Origin: a virus
IMG/VR virus record: IMGVR_UViG_3300035696_000007
Span: 96,001 to 160,000 of that record
Reading direction: 5' to 3' (one strand)
Length of the DNA stretch: 64,000 nt
The translations under genes were made by a program, and so were the position numbers. The notes under the pieces were generated by a model. That model was not told the DNA's origin and searched no databases. It saw nothing but the letters and a program-made list of their open reading frames with translations. Below are positions 60,997-64,000 of the stretch, piece after piece (within the stretch, counting starts at the first letter, position 1; the number at the start of each line of letters is the position of its first letter).

Positions 60997-61254
60997 CTAT
61001 TCGGCCATCGCCCTGCGGATCGCGGCGAGCGCGGCCGGGTCCCCGGCCTTGGCCCTCTTGGCGAACAGGGCGAACGAGGTCCCCCTGACGGCGTCGGTGA
61101 CCGGCTTCCGGCCGTGGAGCCTCTGGAGGTCGAGCTCGGCGGCGCGGCGGGCGACTCTCTCGCCGTAGGCGTCGCGCAGCCACCGCACGGCGTCCACCGT
61201 GCTGCCCTCCTCCCTGGGCCTGGCCAGGGCGTCGGCTATCCTGACGAGCCTCAT
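60997..61254 (-). CDS. Small late protein
   Basis: TACTTA-N4-ATG. Confidence 0.55.
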   Translation of the reverse strand: MRLVRIADALARPREEGSTVDAVRWLRDAYGERVARRAAELDLQRLHGRKPVTDAVRGTSFALFAKRAKAGDPAALAAIRRAMAE

Positions 61255-61266
61255 GCCCTAAGTAAA

Positions 61267-61351
61267 TGGTGCGGTCAGGGGGAGTCGCACCCCCACGGGT
61301 CACCCCACCGGCCCCTCAAGCCGGCGCGTCTGCTGGTTCCGCCATGACCGC
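61267..61351 (-). tRNA. tRNA-Leu(GAG)
   Basis: CCGGC-TTGAGGG-GCCGG. Confidence 0.9.
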
Positions 61352-61361
61352 GAAAAATCGT

Positions 61362-61625
61362 TCAGCCCCGGACGTGGTACTCGATGCGCAGCCGGGCCCT
61401 GTCCTCCGCCGAAACGCACTCCCAGCACTCCACCTGGCCGGGGAAGAATACCCGCACGGGCAGGTCCTCGGGGTAGTCGCCCTTCATCTCGACGAAGACG
61501 GTGTGGCAGCGCTTCTCGGCGTCCCAGAGGTTCAGCTGGGCCGCGCACCCCGAAAGGAGCCGCCCGCCGACTTTGAACCTGATTTTGATGCCGTGCGGCG
61601 GCAGGAGCCTGTTGATGCTGATCAT
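61362..61625 (-). CDS. Hypothetical protein
   Basis: GTTCT-N7-ATG. Confidence 0.55.
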   Translation of the reverse strand: MISINRLLPPHGIKIRFKVGGRLLSGCAAQLNLWDAEKRCHTVFVEMKGDYPEDLPVRVFFPGQVECWECVSAEDRARLRIEYHVRG

Positions 61626-61641
61626 GCCCGTAAGAACAAAG

Positions 61642-61717
61642 TGGGGCCTCCTGTCGGATTTGCGCCGACCGTCCTCCCCTTACCAAGGGGTAGCATCGCT
61701 GCCTATGCTTAGGAGGC
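61642..61717 (-). tRNA. tRNA-Thr(GGU)
   Basis: CCCC-TTGGTAA-GGGG. Confidence 0.85.
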
Positions 61718-61718
61718 G

Positions 61719-61795
61719 TGGTAGCACCGGTCGGATTTGCGCCGACGACCTTCCCCTTATGAGGGGGCTGCGCTGGCTGGCTGCGCCACGGTGCC
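61719..61795 (-). tRNA. tRNA-Met(CAU)
   Basis: CCCC-CTCATAA-GGGG; GGC..GCT A73. Confidence 0.85.
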
Positions 61796-61802
61796 ATGAA
61801 GT

Positions 61803-61881
61803 TGGTGGGGGCCGAGGCAGTTGCAGCCTCACGGATGGTCCGGGTAAGGGCCGGGTGCCCGTCTACTGTGGCTTGACCCCC
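61803..61881 (-). tRNA. tRNA-Lys(CUU)
   Basis: CCGG-CCCTTAC-CCGG; CCA. Confidence 0.75.
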
Positions 61882-61888
61882 GAAAGTT

Positions 61889-62098
61889 TTCCAGCCCGAG
61901 CGTAGCCGCGATTCTGTTTTATCCGCACATCACTCTAGGCCGCTACCATGCCCTCTTGACGGGAAGCACTACCCTGGGGCCCTTTTGCGTTGCAGCTACC
62001 ATGCGGTGTTGGCGGGCCCGCGCCCTCCCGATCGGCTGCTTTGCTGTCGCGAACTTCCTCCGGGGACGAGCCCCGGCGTGCAGTCCTCTTGGCTGGAA
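61889..62098 (-). ncRNA. rnpB: Miniature RNase P RNA (catalytic domain, nearly no S-domain)
   Basis: P1 TTCCAGCC/GGCTGGAA; GAGGAAGTTCGCGA pairs with ACAGAATCGCGGCTA (P4 with bulged U); P5 CAGC/GCTG+CAA; P6 AAGCA/TGCTT; L15 GGTA; CCTAGAGTGATG. Confidence 0.88.
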
Positions 62099-62105
62099 TC
62101 GAAAG

Positions 62106-62180
62106 TGGCTGGGGCGGCAGGATTCGCGCCTGCGCCATCGGGGTTCAAGGCCCCGCGTGCTGCTGTTACACCACGCCCCA
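62106..62180 (-). tRNA. tRNA-Gln(UUG)
   Basis: CGGGG-CCTTGAA-CCCCG; U1-A72, G73. Confidence 0.88.
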
Positions 62181-62200
62181 AAAAGCTGTTCTGACGAGGC

Positions 62201-62836
62201 ATGGTCGACTACTCGACGATCCCCGCCTCCTGCCAGATCCCCGGCCTGGCGGGCATCTACCGGAAGTGGCTCGCGCCCGCGGAGACGGGCGCCTTCGTCG
62301 AGGTGGGGGCCTACAGCGGCATCGCCTACAGCAACACCTACTGCTTCTGCCTCGCGGGCTGGCGCGGGCTGCAGATCGAGCCGCACCCCGCGACCTTCGC
62401 CTCGCTGCTGGAGAACATGCGGCCCTTCCCGAACGTCGCCTGCGAGCAGGTGGCCTGCTCGGACTGCGACGGGGAGGCGAGGCTGTACGACATGGGGGAG
62501 TGCTCCACGCTCGTGCTGGACGAGAACGCGCGGGCCTGGGGCTGCCGCGAGGACCGGTTCATCGTGGTCAGGACGACCCGGCTGGACGGGCTGCTGGAGA
62601 GGCACGCCATCCCGCCCGGCTTCGAGGTGCTGGTCGTCGACGTCGAGGGGGCGGAGCTGTCGGTGCTGGCCGGGCTCGACCTGCGGCGGTGGCGCCCGAG
62701 GATGGCGATCGTGGAGACGCACGAGAAGCACCCGAGCATCCTACACCCCAACGCCTGGGCCATCACCAAGCACTTTGAGGACCGGGGCTACTGCAAGGTC
62801 TACGCCGACCACATCAACAGCATCTTCGCCCGCTGA
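62201..62836 (+). CDS. FkbM-family methyltransferase
   Basis: FVEVGAYSG..SNT, GWRGLQIEP, VDVEGAE..VLAG. Confidence 0.88.
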   Translation: MVDYSTIPASCQIPGLAGIYRKWLAPAETGAFVEVGAYSGIAYSNTYCFCLAGWRGLQIEPHPATFASLLENMRPFPNVACEQVACSDCDGEARLYDMGECSTLVLDENARAWGCREDRFIVVRTTRLDGLLERHAIPPGFEVLVVDVEGAELSVLAGLDLRRWRPRMAIVETHEKHPSILHPNAWAITKHFEDRGYCKVYADHINSIFAR

Positions 62837-62839
62837 AAC

Positions 62840-62915
62840 TGGTGGAGGTGGCGGGATTCGCACCCGCGGCCTACGCGATGCCATCGCGCCGCTCTGCTGG
62901 CTGAGCTACACCCCC
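62840..62915 (-). tRNA. tRNA-Ala(GGC)
   Basis: G3:U70; ATGGCAT loop. Confidence 0.9.
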
Positions 62916-62964
62916 GAAAAAGTTGATCCAAGCAGCCGCGCTTAGAGTTCTTGTTTACATTCCC

Positions 62965-63360
62965 ATGAACACGAAACAGACGCTGCAGACACTGTTGAGC
63001 TACTACACGGCGACCCGCAAGATCGGCCACACCCGCGCGATGCTTGCCGGGGCGCAGAATACAGATGGTTGTCTTATTCTCACCGGCGTGGATGACATCG
63101 CCCTGACTCCCCCCAAAGGCGCCTCGTGCGTCAACGTCGTCTATGACGACAATCTGGTCCAACACTTCGTGGGTGTGCGCAAGCCCATGCTAGTGGACAA
63201 CTCCGCCATCGAGCACATCCTGCGCACGTCGCTGGCCGAGATCACCCGGCTGGAGACCCACGTCAAGCGGCTGAAGACCGAGAAGGCGCACCTGGCGCAG
63301 GGCAGACCCGGCCAGATCCCGGCCGAGGCCCCGGCGGCCCCCGGCGAGCTGCCGGCCTGA
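62965..63360 (+). CDS. Hypothetical protein
   Basis: Clean ORF after GTTCT; RKIGHT, LVDNSA. Confidence 0.55.
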   Translation: MNTKQTLQTLLSYYTATRKIGHTRAMLAGAQNTDGCLILTGVDDIALTPPKGASCVNVVYDDNLVQHFVGVRKPMLVDNSAIEHILRTSLAEITRLETHVKRLKTEKAHLAQGRPGQIPAEAPAAPGELPA

Positions 63361-63363
63361 AAG

Positions 63364-63438
63364 TGGCTGCGGCGACTGGCTACGCTCCAGTGACTTCGGT
63401 TTCAGAGACCGACGTGTTACTAGCTACACCACACCGCA
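63364..63438 (-). tRNA. tRNA-Gln(CUG)
   Basis: TCGGT-CTCTGAA-ACCGA. Confidence 0.85.
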
Positions 63439-63480
63439 AAGGAGTCTTCTTCACCGTCCGAGAACAGACCGTGCGTAGAT

Positions 63481-63557
63481 TGGTCGGCCCGGTGGGATTC
63501 GCACCCACGGTCTCTTGCTCCCGAAGCAAGCGCGATACTAGGCTACGCCACGGGCCG
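63481..63557 (-). tRNA. tRNA-Pro(CGG)
   Basis: CTTGC-TTCGGGA-GCAAG; C1-G72. Confidence 0.9.
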
Positions 63558-63565
63558 AACGGAAA

Positions 63566-63641
63566 TGGTGGTCGGCGGGGGACTCGCACCCCCGGTCCCC
63601 TGCATGTCGCGCAGGTGCCTTGGCTGCTGGGCTAGCCGACC
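63566..63641 (-). tRNA. tRNA-Val(GAC)
   Basis: CCTGC-GCGACAT-GCAGG. Confidence 0.85.
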
Positions 63642-63648
63642 GGAAAGC

Positions 63649-63725
63649 TGGTCGGGCCGGCGGGATTCGCACCCGCGGTCTCCTGCACCCCATGCAGGCG
63701 CGATGCTAGGCTACGCTACGGCCCG
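63649..63725 (-). tRNA. tRNA-Pro(GGG)
   Basis: CCTGC-ATGGGGT-GCAGG. Confidence 0.9.
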
Positions 63726-63730
63726 GAAGA

Positions 63731-63805
63731 TGGCTGCTCGGGCAGGACTCGCACCTGCAACCCTGGTGTTAACAGCACCCCGCTCTACTTTGGAGCTACC
63801 GAGCA
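63731..63805 (-). tRNA. tRNA-Asn(GUU)
   Basis: GGTG-CTGTTAA-CACC; G73. Confidence 0.9.
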
Positions 63806-63813
63806 ATGGAAAG

Positions 63814-63942
63814 TGGTGCCGGCGCTTGGAGTCGAACCAAGTCTAGTCTATTAGCAGTAGAAGTAACCCTCGTCATCACTGCGCCTTGCGACGAGAATAG
63901 GAGACCCGGGTGTTTTCTGTGCTACCGTTACACTACACCGGC
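63814..63942 (-). ncRNA. tRNA-like RNA with about 55-nt insertion between D and anticodon arms (Y-RNA/Yrl-like candidate)
   Basis: GCCGGTG/CGCCGGC-ACCA acceptor, canonical GG D-loop and TTCGA T-loop, TCTA-CTGCTAA-TAGA arm. Confidence 0.6.
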
Positions 63943-64000
63943 AGAAGCCTCCCGGGAGGAAGTCGAGTAGGGGTTTGGCCGGGTTTGCGGCCCGGTGCCT

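Noticed and set aside
57803-63805. tRNAs are decayed pseudogenes
   Set aside because: Stems, CCA ends and identity elements are intact, and the deviations are systematic and co-varying
58410-63805. tRNA-associated HDV-like (theta) ribozymes
   Set aside because: Inter-tRNA spacers are mostly 1-7 nt or filled by protein genes, leaving no room
1-64000. Genome-wide TAG reassignment (code 15)
   Set aside because: TAG cleanly ends many genes with the next start immediately after (e.g. 6281, 7030, 56774); only one internal TAG was found

Overview
This is 64 kb of a high-GC, T4-superfamily-like (jumbo-type) myophage genome. It carries a portal (gp20-like), a gp25 wedge, a gp5/VgrG spike, a tube-like protein, a large wedge/PKD protein, a collagen-like fibre, a UvsW helicase, a gp47/SbcD nuclease, a primase, an HU-like protein, a tandem GroES, an ACP, a GT9 and methyltransferases. 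A block of small early genes spans 7.8-27 kb. ACP, SLT and HNH features suggest a Verrucomicrobia (Opitutae) host (inference). The most striking feature is the minus-strand tRNA array at 57.8-63.9 kb. All 27 ordinary tRNAs have G55 instead of the near-universal U55, and almost all have A18 instead of G18; positions 19/56 co-vary, 8 tRNAs have C33, and the three tRNA-Ser fold 8/4. Inside the array is a 210-nt RNase P RNA with an intact catalytic core but almost no specificity (elbow-reading) domain. Together these look like a self-contained phage tRNA and processing system. Other signals: two classes of -10-only promoter motifs placed for leaderless mRNA (TANTTA-N4-start, GTTCT-N7/8-start); a family of small late proteins sharing a putative capsid-targeting/protease motif (xxVDxLLE); a ~400-nt structured ncRNA candidate at 39.2-39.6 kb; and a repeated dif-like 32-bp site. 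All calls were made by eye, without database searches.
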